A stretch of DNA of 61,568 nt, counting the filler, from an uncultured Rhodopirellula sp. (GTDB taxonomy: Bacteria > Planctomycetota > Planctomycetia > Pirellulales > Pirellulaceae): assembly GCA_964007735.1 (NCBI GenBank). It is 5 parts of 5 records of this genome, joined end to end, with 100 filler letters (N's around TTAATTAATTAA, not from the genome) between each part and the next. Parts side by side here need not be neighbours in the genome. Positions count along the whole stretch, not along the records: positions 25,385 to 37,556 come from CAXGAI010000082.1; positions 37,657 to 49,660 come from CAXGAI010000083.1; 3 more parts are not named here. One strand, written 5' to 3'. Within the stretch, counting starts at the first letter, position 1; every line of letters starts with the position of its first letter. Of this stretch, positions 28,820-38,869 are shown in pieces. The position numbers were made by a program, and so were the translations under genes. Below the pieces are notes generated by a model. That model saw only the letters and a program-made list of their open reading frames with translations, was not told where the DNA came from and made no database searches.

Positions 28820-29935
28820 CTAATCGGTGCAATACGACAACGACAACAGAAGATAACCTGTTACCAGATTTTCGTCTGCCTCCAGCCAACGAGTACTCTT
28901 AGTGTTTATCCACGATCCATTGCGTTTCTGTCGACGAGCTAACTCAGAAATGAGCTCCGAGCGCCAGTTGTGCGTTTTTCCTTTAGCATCTTCCACTTCG
29001 TCCACTCCCAAGGCTTTTAATGTCTTGGCAAAAGTATGGAGATAATAGAAATGGCCTTCAGCTCCCATCCCGGGGTTTTCAGAAAGGTCATAGTGTTTCT
29101 TAATCCAGGACATCGCTGCTTTGACACGTTGGTCATCTTTATCAACGCCCGCATAGACCATGCTTTTCAATCCTGCGTAGGTCATAGAAGCGTAGCTGCG
29201 TAGACCACCATTGGCCGTTTTACCTGCCTGACTTGTTCCGCCAGCTGCGGGAGTGTAATAAAATCCACCATCTTCAATCTTCGTGGCAAACTCCGTTGTA
29301 TTGTGTTCTGATTCCAGATTCTGCGTCCGCGATACGAATACCAATGCAGCCTGAATCGCGGCATCATCTTCAGATGCTCCACTTGCCACCAAAGCATCAA
29401 TGAAAAAGGACGTGTTACTTAAGTCTGGGCGTTTATGCTTTCCATAGCCCTGCCCCCCCCACTCAGGCGAACTCTTCGCCACTTTGCCATCTGCTCCAAC
29501 CTGAATACCACGAACAAAGTTATTTGCATTTGCGATTGCCTTATCATAACGCCCATCTTTATTGGCTTCCGCCAAAGCCAAAATCGCAAGGCAGGTTTCA
29601 TAATTTCGATACAACGAACCATCCTGATGGATTCCACCGTCTTTACGTACATAGCCTTCAATGAACTTCAGAGCTTTAGCAACCATGGGATCTTCTACAG
29701 GTCGGCCACTCTTAATTAAGGCTGCCGTTACCAGTGAAGTAATGGCCGGACTAGCTTCTTTTGAGAATGAACCGTCATCGGACTGCCCAGTCATTCGCAG
29801 ATACTGAACCGCCCGATTTACCATCTGCTCAATGGCCTGTTGATCTTTATCGCTCAAGCCAGCAGCCATTAGTTGCAAAGGTGCGAGCATTCCCAAACAT
29901 GCAATTACAACCACCATTTGTTTAAGAATTTTCAT
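28820..29935 (-). CDS. Secreted prenyltransferase/squalene-oxidase-repeat (single terpene-cyclase-barrel) protein
   Basis: Signal peptide; QW-like repeats (QSDDGSF, RKDGGI, QKRNGSW); PDLSNT, DGGFYY, YASMTYAGL. Confidence 0.8.
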   Translation of the reverse strand: MKILKQMVVVIACLGMLAPLQLMAAGLSDKDQQAIEQMVNRAVQYLRMTGQSDDGSFSKEASPAITSLVTAALIKSGRPVEDPMVAKALKFIEGYVRKDGGIHQDGSLYRNYETCLAILALAEANKDGRYDKAIANANNFVRGIQVGADGKVAKSSPEWGGQGYGKHKRPDLSNTSFFIDALVASGASEDDAAIQAALVFVSRTQNLESEHNTTEFATKIEDGGFYYTPAAGGTSQAGKTANGGLRSYASMTYAGLKSMVYAGVDKDDQRVKAAMSWIKKHYDLSENPGMGAEGHFYYLHTFAKTLKALGVDEVEDAKGKTHNWRSELISELARRQKRNGSWINTKSTRWLEADENLVTGYLLLSLSYCTD

Positions 29936-30130
29936 TCGTCTCTCCTCTCTCCCGGTTATCGCATCAACTTAAAAAATTTGCCCGTAACGATACCGTTTGC
30001 ATATTCCTCATTATATCTCAACATAACGCGCGCAGGAAATTATACGCAAGCAAAGTGTTAAACTGGGCAAGCAGCAACCTTCACCAAACGCTGATTAGAT
30101 AGGAACAAAGTGAATGAACGCCGCCAGTGA

Positions 30131-30418
30131 CTAATCCAGCACTGCCAGAACATCGTTGACCGACATAATCAACAACTCTTCATCCATGACCTGTATTTCT
30201 GTTCCAGCAAAAGAACTGAATAAAACACGGTCACCTTCGTTTACCTCAGGAGCTGAACGACTTCCGTCCGGAAGCAACACGCCGTCTCCAATGGACAGTA
30301 CTCGTCCCTGTTGAGGTTTCTGTTTTGCAGAGTCAGGAAGCACGATGCCTCCGGCTGTTACTTCTTCAGCCTCGACTCGTTTCACTACAACCTTGTCGCC
30401 AAGCGGCACAACGTTCAT
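30131..30418 (-). CDS. groES: Co-chaperonin GroES
   Basis: PLGDKVVV, TAGGIVLPDSAK, GDRVLF; 95 aa. Confidence 0.95.
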   Translation of the reverse strand: MNVVPLGDKVVVKRVEAEEVTAGGIVLPDSAKQKPQQGRVLSIGDGVLLPDGSRSAPEVNEGDRVLFSSFAGTEIQVMDEELLIMSVNDVLAVLD

Positions 30419-30522
30419 GAAATATAGCCTTCAGTTAGACTTAAAATCAGATAATTCAATATCGCTATTCTGCAACGCTTATCATTCACGTGCAACCGTT
30501 TGCAGGGATAGTTCCTCGATAA

Positions 30523-32580
30523 TTATTCTCGAGCTATGGCAGCTTTCGCCTGTGTAACGACATTTTCAGCGGTAATTCCAAAGTGTTCATAAAGAACGCC
30601 AGCCGGAGCAGAGGCTCCAAATCCTACCATTCCAACAAACTTTCCTTCCGATCCGATGTAGCGATCCCAACCCATACGTAAACCTGCTTCACAACCAACC
30701 CGTGCCGTCACTGCAGGTGGCAGTACCGCCTCGCGGTATTCTTTTGTCTGCGCGTCAAAAAGCTCCCAACAAGGCATGCTTACTACACGAGCAGCGATGC
30801 CTTCAGCAGCAAGTTGTTTCTGGGCATCCAGACAAATGTGAACTTCACTTCCAGTCCCCATTAGAATCACTTGGGGCGTATCTTCGGAATCCTTGAGGAT
30901 GTACGCTCCTTGAGAAGTACCAGAGGCAGCCCCGTAATCTTTGCGACACAAGGTTGGCAACCCCTGGCGTGTCAGGACCAGCATCGATGGCTGGCTCTGC
31001 GCAGTTGCCAGCGTGCGATAAGCCTCAGCGACTTCATTGGCATCTGCAGGCCGAAATACATTTACGCCGGGAATCGCTCGGCAAGAAGCCAAATGCGAAA
31101 CAGGCTGGTGGGTTGGACCGTCTTCCCCAAGTCCGATCGAATCATGAGTCATGATGTAAATCACATCCTGATGCATGATGGAACTTAAGCGTAGTGCCGG
31201 ACGTAGATAATCAGTAAATACAAAAAACGTGGCACAATAGGATCGCAATCCGGAAAGTGACATTCCGTTACAGATTGCTGCCATCGAGTGCTCTCGTATG
31301 CCAAAATGAAAATTGCGCCCACCGTAGTTTTCAGGGCCGAAGTCACCAGCACCTTCAAAGTTAAGATTTGTCATATTGGAAGGCGCGAGGTCGGCACTTC
31401 CACCAAGCAACCAGGGGAACTTCTCAGCAAGGGCGTTCAACACTTTTCCTGAAGACACACGTGTTGCCATGCCCTTTTCATCGGCTTCAAACGTTGGAAT
31501 CCCTTCTTCCCAATCTGTCGGAAGGGCACCACTCCAAATAGTTTCCAACTGAGAGGCTGCTTCAGGATCCTCTGCTTTATAAGCCTCGTAATCAGTTTCC
31601 CATCCAACGCGAGCGGCCGCACCACGCTGCCCAATTCCACTTTCGAAATGAGCAGCAACCTCTTCTGGCACGAGGAACGATTCACCCGTTGGCCAGTTAT
31701 AAAACTCTTTGGTCAAAGCTACTTCATCCAGACCTAAAGGAGCGCCGTGAGCCGCATGTGAATTGGCTTTGTTCGGTGAACCATAACCGATAACACTCTT
31801 CAGGATGAGCAAAGTTGGCTTGTCATTTGTATTTTTGAATTCCGTCAATGCCGCACGGATAGCGTCAAGATCATTAGCATCGTCTACCGTGACTGTGTGC
31901 CAGCCCAGTCCCTGATACTTCGTGGCCACGTCTTCAGAGTAAGCCAGATCGCATTCACCTTCGATGGTGATATTGTTGTCGTCATAAATCCAGCAAAGAT
32001 TGGAAAGTTTCAGGTGGCCAGCAACCGATGCCGCTTCACAGCCAATCCCTTCCATTAAATCGCCGTCACTGCAAATAACGTAAGTATCGAAGCCAAATAA
32101 AGAGGTCTCGTTCCGATCGTAACGAGCTGAGTACCATTTACCGGCAATCGCCATTCCAACACTTGTAGCAACACCCTGACCCAAAGGGCCCGTTGTCATT
32201 TCAATTCCTGCGGCCTCACCAAATTCCGGATGCCCCGCACAGGGACTATGTAACTGACGAAAATTACGGATATTATCAAGCGTGATTGAAAGCTGGTCGG
32301 TAACATTACCCACCGCATCCACTGCTTTGATCCCAGCTAAATGCATGATGGAATACTGTAGCATCGAAGCGTGCCCGCAAGACAAAACAAATCTGTCTCT
32401 CGCAGCCCAGTTTGGTGCCGCGGGATCATAATTCATAAACTCATTCCACAGCACATAAGTAACCGGCGCTAACGCCATTGGAGTCCCTGGATGCCCACTA
32501 TTGGCTGCTTGAACACCGTCCATAGAAAGAGTTCGAATCGTATTAATAGCTAACTGTTCGATATTTGCAGTTTCTGACAT
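30523..32580 (-). CDS. tkt: Transketolase
   Basis: SGHPG, DRFVLSCGH, TTGPLGQG, GDLMEG, HDSIGLGEDGPTHQP. Confidence 0.97.
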   Translation of the reverse strand: MSETANIEQLAINTIRTLSMDGVQAANSGHPGTPMALAPVTYVLWNEFMNYDPAAPNWAARDRFVLSCGHASMLQYSIMHLAGIKAVDAVGNVTDQLSITLDNIRNFRQLHSPCAGHPEFGEAAGIEMTTGPLGQGVATSVGMAIAGKWYSARYDRNETSLFGFDTYVICSDGDLMEGIGCEAASVAGHLKLSNLCWIYDDNNITIEGECDLAYSEDVATKYQGLGWHTVTVDDANDLDAIRAALTEFKNTNDKPTLLILKSVIGYGSPNKANSHAAHGAPLGLDEVALTKEFYNWPTGESFLVPEEVAAHFESGIGQRGAAARVGWETDYEAYKAEDPEAASQLETIWSGALPTDWEEGIPTFEADEKGMATRVSSGKVLNALAEKFPWLLGGSADLAPSNMTNLNFEGAGDFGPENYGGRNFHFGIREHSMAAICNGMSLSGLRSYCATFFVFTDYLRPALRLSSIMHQDVIYIMTHDSIGLGEDGPTHQPVSHLASCRAIPGVNVFRPADANEVAEAYRTLATAQSQPSMLVLTRQGLPTLCRKDYGAASGTSQGAYILKDSEDTPQVILMGTGSEVHICLDAQKQLAAEGIAARVVSMPCWELFDAQTKEYREAVLPPAVTARVGCEAGLRMGWDRYIGSEGKFVGMVGFGASAPAGVLYEHFGITAENVVTQAKAAIARE

Positions 32581-32818
32581 AGATTAATCGTTTTTGGTCT
32601 AAAACAAGTAGTATTTAGTCACCACCAAACCTTAAACTCCTGAACTTACAGGAAAAAAACAGGCTGGATTCCAAAGTTTACCACTCAAATTCAGTCTTGG
32701 GTAGTTACTGTCTGCGGACCAACACTTTTAACCTTTTTTTCAAGGGTTTATTGGTTATTGCCCGTTCATTCCTTAGAATAAAACCTCGTATAACTCGTCT
32801 AACCGGAATAATCAAACT

Positions 32819-33469
32819 ATGGGCACGGCACACCTGTGTATCGCTCTCGGTCCACTCACTGTCTATTTGATGCTAATGGGCCTAATCAATGCCTCTCGAC
32901 AACCGTTTGTTACAACCGGTGCGCGAGACGTTTTCTCACTGGCTTTAAGTATCTCCGGGCTGATCATGATCGGACCGATGAGATTGTTTGTTCCTGAAGA
33001 GGCTCTGGCAGCCTTTGGCGTCTGGACCTGGGCTTTACTGGGAGCCTTTTACATTCTCAGTATCCTCCTGATTGGTATGACCAGTCGTCCTCGATTAGTG
33101 ATCTACAACATCACCCCCACCCAGCTAAAAACATCTCTAGGCATTCTGGTGGCGGAACTAGACAAAGAGGCAAAATGGGCCGGTGACAGTGTTGAATTAC
33201 CTCAGTTGGGTATCCAGCTGAGTATTGACTCCAAAAACACAATGCGCAGCTGCCAGATCGTGGCGGTGGGGCACCATCAAAATCTCGCGAGTTGGGTTCG
33301 ATTACGAGTCGAACTGTCAACTCACCTCAAGAAGATAAAATTGTCGGCCAATCCTTACGCACTGTCGATGATCGGCTTTGCATTATTACTAGGTACGTTA
33401 ATTGCCTTGCAGATCATCCAGAACCCTCAGATCGTGCTAAACGACCTCCGAAACTTCCTCAGATTCTAG
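32819..33469 (+). CDS. Hypothetical membrane protein
   Basis: 216-aa ORF with about 4 hydrophobic segments, divergent from tkt. Confidence 0.7.
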   Translation: MGTAHLCIALGPLTVYLMLMGLINASRQPFVTTGARDVFSLALSISGLIMIGPMRLFVPEEALAAFGVWTWALLGAFYILSILLIGMTSRPRLVIYNITPTQLKTSLGILVAELDKEAKWAGDSVELPQLGIQLSIDSKNTMRSCQIVAVGHHQNLASWVRLRVELSTHLKKIKLSANPYALSMIGFALLLGTLIALQIIQNPQIVLNDLRNFLRF

Positions 33470-33562
33470 GCCAAGCTTGCCTCTCTTCCCCAGATTGGTG
33501 TACAGTCCCTATAGTTTTAGCTGCCCAAGCGTGCAAGTCATTCTGTGAAAGTATGGATTTTA

Positions 33563-33781
33563 ATGGCTGATTCAAACGAACAACGAGATGAACTCGACGA
33601 ACGAGTGACTGAGTTGGAGTCACTGTTCACTCATCTCGAAAAGAAAGTCTCTGATTTAGACGGTGTCGTAGTGGACGGCCATAAAAAGATCGGGGAGCTT
33701 TCAGATAAAGTCGATCACCTCAAGAAAAAAATGGACTCGGAGAAACATGATTTCCCCGATGAGATTCGTGATTTGCTATAA
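33563..33781 (+). CDS. SlyX-family small coiled-coil protein
   Basis: ERVTELESLFTHLEKKVSDLDGVV pattern; 72 aa. Confidence 0.65.
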   Translation: MADSNEQRDELDERVTELESLFTHLEKKVSDLDGVVVDGHKKIGELSDKVDHLKKKMDSEKHDFPDEIRDLL

Positions 33782-33823
33782 ACAACACTAGCGATTCCGT
33801 GGGTATAGCAATCAATGATCTAA

Positions 33824-35314
33824 ATGGCCAAACCAACTCCTCCGACAAACGAATTCCCTACACTTTCTAAGACACTTGGCAAATGGTCGGCCATCGCCAT
33901 GATGGTGGGGGCCGTTATTGGCTCGGGGATTTTTGCTAAGCCAGCAGCCAACGCCGCCGCAAGTGACAGCGTGTCACTGATCATGGTCGTCTGGGTTACC
34001 GGTGGCATCATAACACTTGTTAGTGCCATCTGTATGGCCGAACTAAGCCTGATGATGCCCAAAGCCGGTGGAACTTATGTCTACATACGTCAGGCATACG
34101 GTCGACTTCCGGCATTCCTCTCAGGCTGGAATGAATCCATCTTCTTCCAGTCGACAGCCAACTCAGCGTTAGCTGTCTATTTCACTATGACACTCGGTGG
34201 AGTTCTGGAAATCGAATTAACGACGCTGCAGATCATTATTATCGTACTGACATTACAGATGTCACTAACCATTATTAATTGCATGGGCGTTTACTGGGGT
34301 AGTTTCATCCAGAACATTACAACCATCATCAAAGTTTCCGTGCTGGTTGGAATCGCCTTGCTACCGTTTGTGGCATCTCTGGATGATCACAACACGTTTT
34401 CGGCCAGTAATTTCACCGATGCGAAACAATCTGCCGATTCCACTAATTCGATGGTTCAGATGCTCACCGCAGTCATGTTAAGTGTGATGTGGGCATATTC
34501 CGGGGGTTGGATGGTGACAAGTGTCGCGGAGGAAATTAAGGAGCCTGAAAAAAATCTCTCCTTTGCTTTGATCGGCGGTGCCTTGGTACTGATGGTAATT
34601 TATATCACCGTCAACATCTCCTTTCACGGAATTTTTTCGCTCGATGAAATGGTCGCTATCAAAGAAGATCCATTGCGTGATATTCCGCAGGAAGCAGTCA
34701 GCGCTTATCTGTCTCCGATCAGCCTCGGTTTGGCAAATTTTGGGAAACATCTGATTGAGGCCATAATTTTAGTCAGTGCTTTAAGCGCATTAAATACCGG
34801 TTTTTTAACACCTCCGCGTGTCTTATTTGCCATGGCCCGTGACAAAATGTTTCTTCCATCGTTTGGGAAAGTTCATCCTAAAACTCGGGCTCCGTACATT
34901 GCCATTCTGGGGCAGGGAGTTACCAGCATGTCCGTCTTTCTGCTCGTCACCTGTTTAGTTCTCTTTACAGGGCTGGGAGCCGAAGGAAACCAAGGAAATC
35001 GCAACCTAAACACAGCCCACGAAATCTTTGACCAGTTGACCAATATTGCTGTATTCAGTTCCACTATCTTTATCTTTATGACTTTAGGAGCTGTATTCAT
35101 TCTGCGAAAACGTGAACCTAACAGAGAACGCCCCTATCGCATTCCAGGCTACCCGTTCCTGCCGGCCGTGGCCCTGATAGCGAACGCTGTCTTTCTGTTT
35201 TTAGTCGCCATTGATGACCTGACACTCAGTGCCTTCAGCATTGGTTTCTTAGTCCTCAGTATTCCGCTCTACTATGCTTTTAACCGCCAAGAGAAGAAAG
35301 CATTAAGCGAATAA
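33824..35314 (+). CDS. APC-family amino acid permease
   Basis: GAVIGSGIF, AEL...PKAGG.Y.Y, AEEIKEPEKN, PRVLFAMARD, RPYRIPGYP. Confidence 0.9.
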   Translation: MAKPTPPTNEFPTLSKTLGKWSAIAMMVGAVIGSGIFAKPAANAAASDSVSLIMVVWVTGGIITLVSAICMAELSLMMPKAGGTYVYIRQAYGRLPAFLSGWNESIFFQSTANSALAVYFTMTLGGVLEIELTTLQIIIIVLTLQMSLTIINCMGVYWGSFIQNITTIIKVSVLVGIALLPFVASLDDHNTFSASNFTDAKQSADSTNSMVQMLTAVMLSVMWAYSGGWMVTSVAEEIKEPEKNLSFALIGGALVLMVIYITVNISFHGIFSLDEMVAIKEDPLRDIPQEAVSAYLSPISLGLANFGKHLIEAIILVSALSALNTGFLTPPRVLFAMARDKMFLPSFGKVHPKTRAPYIAILGQGVTSMSVFLLVTCLVLFTGLGAEGNQGNRNLNTAHEIFDQLTNIAVFSSTIFIFMTLGAVFILRKREPNRERPYRIPGYPFLPAVALIANAVFLFLVAIDDLTLSAFSIGFLVLSIPLYYAFNRQEKKALSE

Positions 35315-35339
35315 TCAGAGAGTAGACGGTTAGCTGCCT

Positions 35340-37307
35340 TTATTTTTCATCCAATTTCAGTAGCTCATTCACCAGAATAGCCATGCGTGGGGAAGCTTGA
35401 GGAGAAGAGGACATAATGCCCGAAACACTATCAAGTGTCTTTCTGGCATAATCCAGGTAGTTCTCATCTTTCGTAACCTGATAGAGATACAAGAGATTTT
35501 GCCCCGAAACCGAATTGCCTGACGGCCGAACACTATCAACAGGGTTCTTTGCACGGGCAATCAAGCGTTCATGATCACTGGCAGTAAAAAAGAATCCATT
35601 TGCCACTTGATCCCAAAACCTCTCCAATTGCTGATCCATTAAATCACGCGCGTAGCTCAACCACTTTTCATCACCTGTTGCACGATGAAGAGCGTTAAGC
35701 CCTTCCACCATATAGGCATAGTCAGGCAGATAAGCATTAAAGCGTGCTTCTCCTTTGTTAAAACTATGCAGTAAATTGCCCTGACCATCACGCATTTTTT
35801 GCACAATAAACTCGGCGGCTTTAGCCCCAATTGCAATATATTCATCATTCTGCAAAAGTCGTCCTGCATCGGCAAATCCTCGAATCATTAATCCGTTCCA
35901 ACTAGCAAGTATCTTAGTATCCAGCAATGGCCGAATTCTCTCAGCACGTACTGCAAGTAGTTTTTCGCGAAGAGGCACCAATTGAGATTTTAATTCTTCA
36001 CGGGAAACAGCGCGTTCTTTGGCAATGGCAGAAACAGATGACTTTAACAGTAATGTATAGTAGTGCTCTTCGAAATTCGGGTCGTCCGAGACACCATAAA
36101 TATCAGCAAATAACCGGTACTCCTGATCGGTCAATACTTTTTTGACTTCTTCTCGCGACCAACGGTAGAACTTGCCTTCTTCACCCTCACTATCAGCATC
36201 CAAAGCCGAATAAAATCCACCTGACTCGTCGGTCATCTCCCGTAACACGAACTGTAGAAGCTCGTCGGTGACCTGCTTGTACTCGACATTACCGGTCAGC
36301 TTATAAGCGGCCGCATAGACGGATGCCAATTGCCCATTGTCATAAAGCATCTTTTCGAAGTGAGGAATGTGCCAGAAGCGATCTACGCTGTAGCGGTGAA
36401 AGCCTCCCCCCAAATGGTCACGAATACCCCCCAATGCCATATGATCAAGTTGAGTTGTTAGCATTTCAAGCTCTTTTCCACCCGAGTTGTCAGACGCCCT
36501 TAACTGCAAAACCCGATAGAGTAAAAACTCCAGATTCCCAGGTGTTGGAAACTTCGGCACATTGGGGTTAGCGATACTATATCCAAAGCCCCCCCACTGT
36601 TGATCAAACTCTTCTGCTAAGGCGACAGATGTCTTATCCAGCACTTCCTTTGTCAGTGGTAAAAGAGAACGAGGAATCCGAGCCTCTAATTCTGCTTTAA
36701 CCGCTTGAGTGACCTGCGTGGCCTGTTGCTCGACAAGCTCCGGTTGCTCGGACCAAATCGTTTGCAGCCTTTTAATAATGGTTAAAAAACCGGGCATCCC
36801 TTCACGATCCCCATCCCGGGCCGGAAAGTAAGAACCGCCCGTGAAAGGACGACCATCTGGATGGAGAAACACACTCATCGGCCAGCCGCCGCGCCGCGTC
36901 AATGCCTGAACGGCCGTCATATACACCTGATCCACATCAGGACGTTCTTCGCGATCAACTTTGACACACACATAATTCTCATTAAGGTACTCCGCAATTT
37001 CCTCGTCTTCGAATGACTCACGTTCCATGACATGGCACCAGTGGCAACTGGAGTAACCAACCGAAAGGAAAATCATTTTCTTTTCCTGCTTAGCTTTTGC
37101 AAACGCTTCCTCACTCCACGGATACCAGTCCACTGGGTTATGTGCATGCGTAAGCAAATACGGGCTGGTTTCATTCACCAGATGATTCGCATGTTCCTTT
37201 TTCTGAACTTTGCTATCTGCGGACTTCTCTTCCTGAGCTATAAGCTGGGTGTAGCTCAAAACAATTAATAGCAGAACAACGATACGAAGCGCTCTCATCA
37301 CAATCAC
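35340..37307 (-). CDS. YyaL/SPATA20-like thioredoxin (DUF255) + alpha/alpha-barrel protein with a signal peptide
   Basis: [56 protein letters not shown]. Confidence 0.9.
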   Translation of the reverse strand: MIVMRALRIVVLLLIVLSYTQLIAQEEKSADSKVQKKEHANHLVNETSPYLLTHAHNPVDWYPWSEEAFAKAKQEKKMIFLSVGYSSCHWCHVMERESFEDEEIAEYLNENYVCVKVDREERPDVDQVYMTAVQALTRRGGWPMSVFLHPDGRPFTGGSYFPARDGDREGMPGFLTIIKRLQTIWSEQPELVEQQATQVTQAVKAELEARIPRSLLPLTKEVLDKTSVALAEEFDQQWGGFGYSIANPNVPKFPTPGNLEFLLYRVLQLRASDNSGGKELEMLTTQLDHMALGGIRDHLGGGFHRYSVDRFWHIPHFEKMLYDNGQLASVYAAAYKLTGNVEYKQVTDELLQFVLREMTDESGGFYSALDADSEGEEGKFYRWSREEVKKVLTDQEYRLFADIYGVSDDPNFEEHYYTLLLKSSVSAIAKERAVSREELKSQLVPLREKLLAVRAERIRPLLDTKILASWNGLMIRGFADAGRLLQNDEYIAIGAKAAEFIVQKMRDGQGNLLHSFNKGEARFNAYLPDYAYMVEGLNALHRATGDEKWLSYARDLMDQQLERFWDQVANGFFFTASDHERLIARAKNPVDSVRPSGNSVSGQNLLYLYQVTKDENYLDYARKTLDSVSGIMSSSPQASPRMAILVNELLKLDEK

Positions 37308-37469
37308 TCTATGACTCTATAGGTACAAATCTTTTTCTCTGACTGTTGATTGTACCGTCAAAAGAGTGGCGGGGGAAAATTTACCAACAACAACCAATCA
37401 ACCTTGCCAAGCGACTATCGCCGGCTGAAACAGGAAGAGAAAAGGGGGGGCCGTATGGCTTCTTAAATT

Positions 37470-37556
37470 TCAGCTGAGATCGGCCAGAAATGCGTCCAGG
37501 TCATCGTCATCAGGATTAAATCCTTTGGCTAAATTTTGCATTCTTTTTGAATGTGA
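37470..37556 (-). CDS. C-terminal fragment of an unidentified gene, 5' truncated at the contig end
   Basis: Open frame SHSKRMQNLAKGFNPDDDDLDAFLADLS-stop from the contig edge. Confidence 0.45.
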   Translation of the reverse strand, partial: SHSKRMQNLAKGFNPDDDDLDAFLADLS

Positions 37557-37656
37557 NNNNNNNNNNNNNNNNNNNNNNNNNNNNNNNNNNNNNNNNNNNN
37601 TTAATTAATTAANNNNNNNNNNNNNNNNNNNNNNNNNNNNNNNNNNNNNNNNNNNN
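37557..37656. other. Artificial contig linker
   Basis: N44-TTAATTAATTAA-N44. Confidence 0.99.
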
Positions 37657-37884
37657 TCCACGGCATGCAATACACGCATCGGAAACGATCTTGTAATCCG
37701 GATCCAGGAAATACTCCACCGTGGGGATCAAAGCAACATCCAGATCACCGCAGGCAAGACCGTCAGCCAACCGACTCGGCAAATCAAAAACGATTTCCGA
37801 ATTTGGCAGACGCTGTGCTAACCCATACACCAAAGGCTTGGTATTCAGATAAGAAACAGCTCCGATTCTAACTGGACGAGCCAT
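37657..37884 (-). CDS. mqnA: Chorismate dehydratase (futalosine menaquinone pathway), N-terminal part, 3' truncated
   Basis: RIGAVSYLNTKPL, PSRLA, LDVALIP, IACRG. Confidence 0.82.
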
Positions 37885-38027
37885 CAAACATTTACTTTCA
37901 GATTATGCTAGTTTGTTTGGTATTTTACAGGGACACCGACAAAAACATTAACCAATCATTATATCTACCAGCGTTTTTAATAGAACCGCACTCCCACTCT
38001 GTTCATTCACAGCTTTGTCGGTGTATT

Positions 38028-38753
38028 TCACCCCTGTGATTCGTCAGCGACGAGTATCTTTGCGGCCGCCCAGGTTTCCGGGAGTTGTGCAGTCATATCT
38101 AAATACTGATCCAACATGGGATGACGAACCTTCAACCGCCGCGAGTGCAAAGCGATACAACGCCTTCGTTCATCTTCATGATGCTCGCCAAATTTCAAAG
38201 TCGAGCCATACAATTTATCACCAATAATGGGGTAACCTCGACTTCCGCATTGCAAACGAATTTGATGCGTCCTACCAGTTTCCAATTGGATGGAAAGCCA
38301 TGTTTTGTATCTCGTTCGCTTTAGCACTCGATAATGCAAAATCGCTTGTTTTGCCTGTTCCGCAGAGGCCTCGCAGATTTCACTGCGAGCTTCTCCGGGA
38401 ACCTTCCGCATGAAATCGATGAAGGTTCCCTCATCACTTTTCATCGTGCCTTCCACACAAGCCCAATACTCTTTTCCGACGAGACGCTGTTCAAATTGGT
38501 TTGAGATTCGTTTGGCCGCGCGTTGATGCAAGGCAAAGACCATCACCCCGCTGACCGGACGGTCAAGCCGGTGAGGTACCGCTAAATAAACACGACCTGG
38601 CTTTTCGTCCCGAACCCTGATGAATTTCTTCAACCGCATTTCGACACTGTCAATATGCGGCGGAGCCTGAGTTAGTAGACCGCCGGGCTTGTTAATCAAT
38701 AAACAAGGACCCTGTTCATACAAAATCCTCACTTCACCCAACACATTATCCAT
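38028..38753 (-). CDS. RluA-family pseudouridine synthase
   Basis: NKPGGL, HRLDRPVSG, TGRTHQIR, GDKLYG, ALH. Start placed at MDNV, downstream of the terminator hairpin. Confidence 0.9.
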   Translation of the reverse strand: MDNVLGEVRILYEQGPCLLINKPGGLLTQAPPHIDSVEMRLKKFIRVRDEKPGRVYLAVPHRLDRPVSGVMVFALHQRAAKRISNQFEQRLVGKEYWACVEGTMKSDEGTFIDFMRKVPGEARSEICEASAEQAKQAILHYRVLKRTRYKTWLSIQLETGRTHQIRLQCGSRGYPIIGDKLYGSTLKFGEHHEDERRRCIALHSRRLKVRHPMLDQYLDMTAQLPETWAAAKILVADESQG

Positions 38754-38777
38754 TGATGAAACTTGAACTTTCAAAGT

Positions 38778-38813
38778 AAAAACGCCGATCATCGATATTT
38801 GATGATCGGCGTT
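38778..38813 (-). terminator. Intrinsic terminator after the Gfo/Idh/MocA gene
   Basis: 13-bp stem AACGCCGATCATC-N7-GATGATCGGCGTT followed by a T-run on the minus strand. Confidence 0.75.
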
Positions 38814-38869
38814 GTGTGACAAACCTTACCAGTCAATGAACACGGAAAGTGTTTCAGAGAGCCGAAAAA

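Noticed and set aside
28820..29935. Squalene-hopene cyclase / terpene biosynthetic cluster
   Set aside because: The protein has a single barrel, a signal peptide and no DXDD motif (PDLSNT instead), and there are no isoprenoid genes nearby.
38321..38347. TTAGCACTC as a CIRCE half-site
   Set aside because: It lies inside the RluA CDS and the second half (GAGTGCTAA) is missing.
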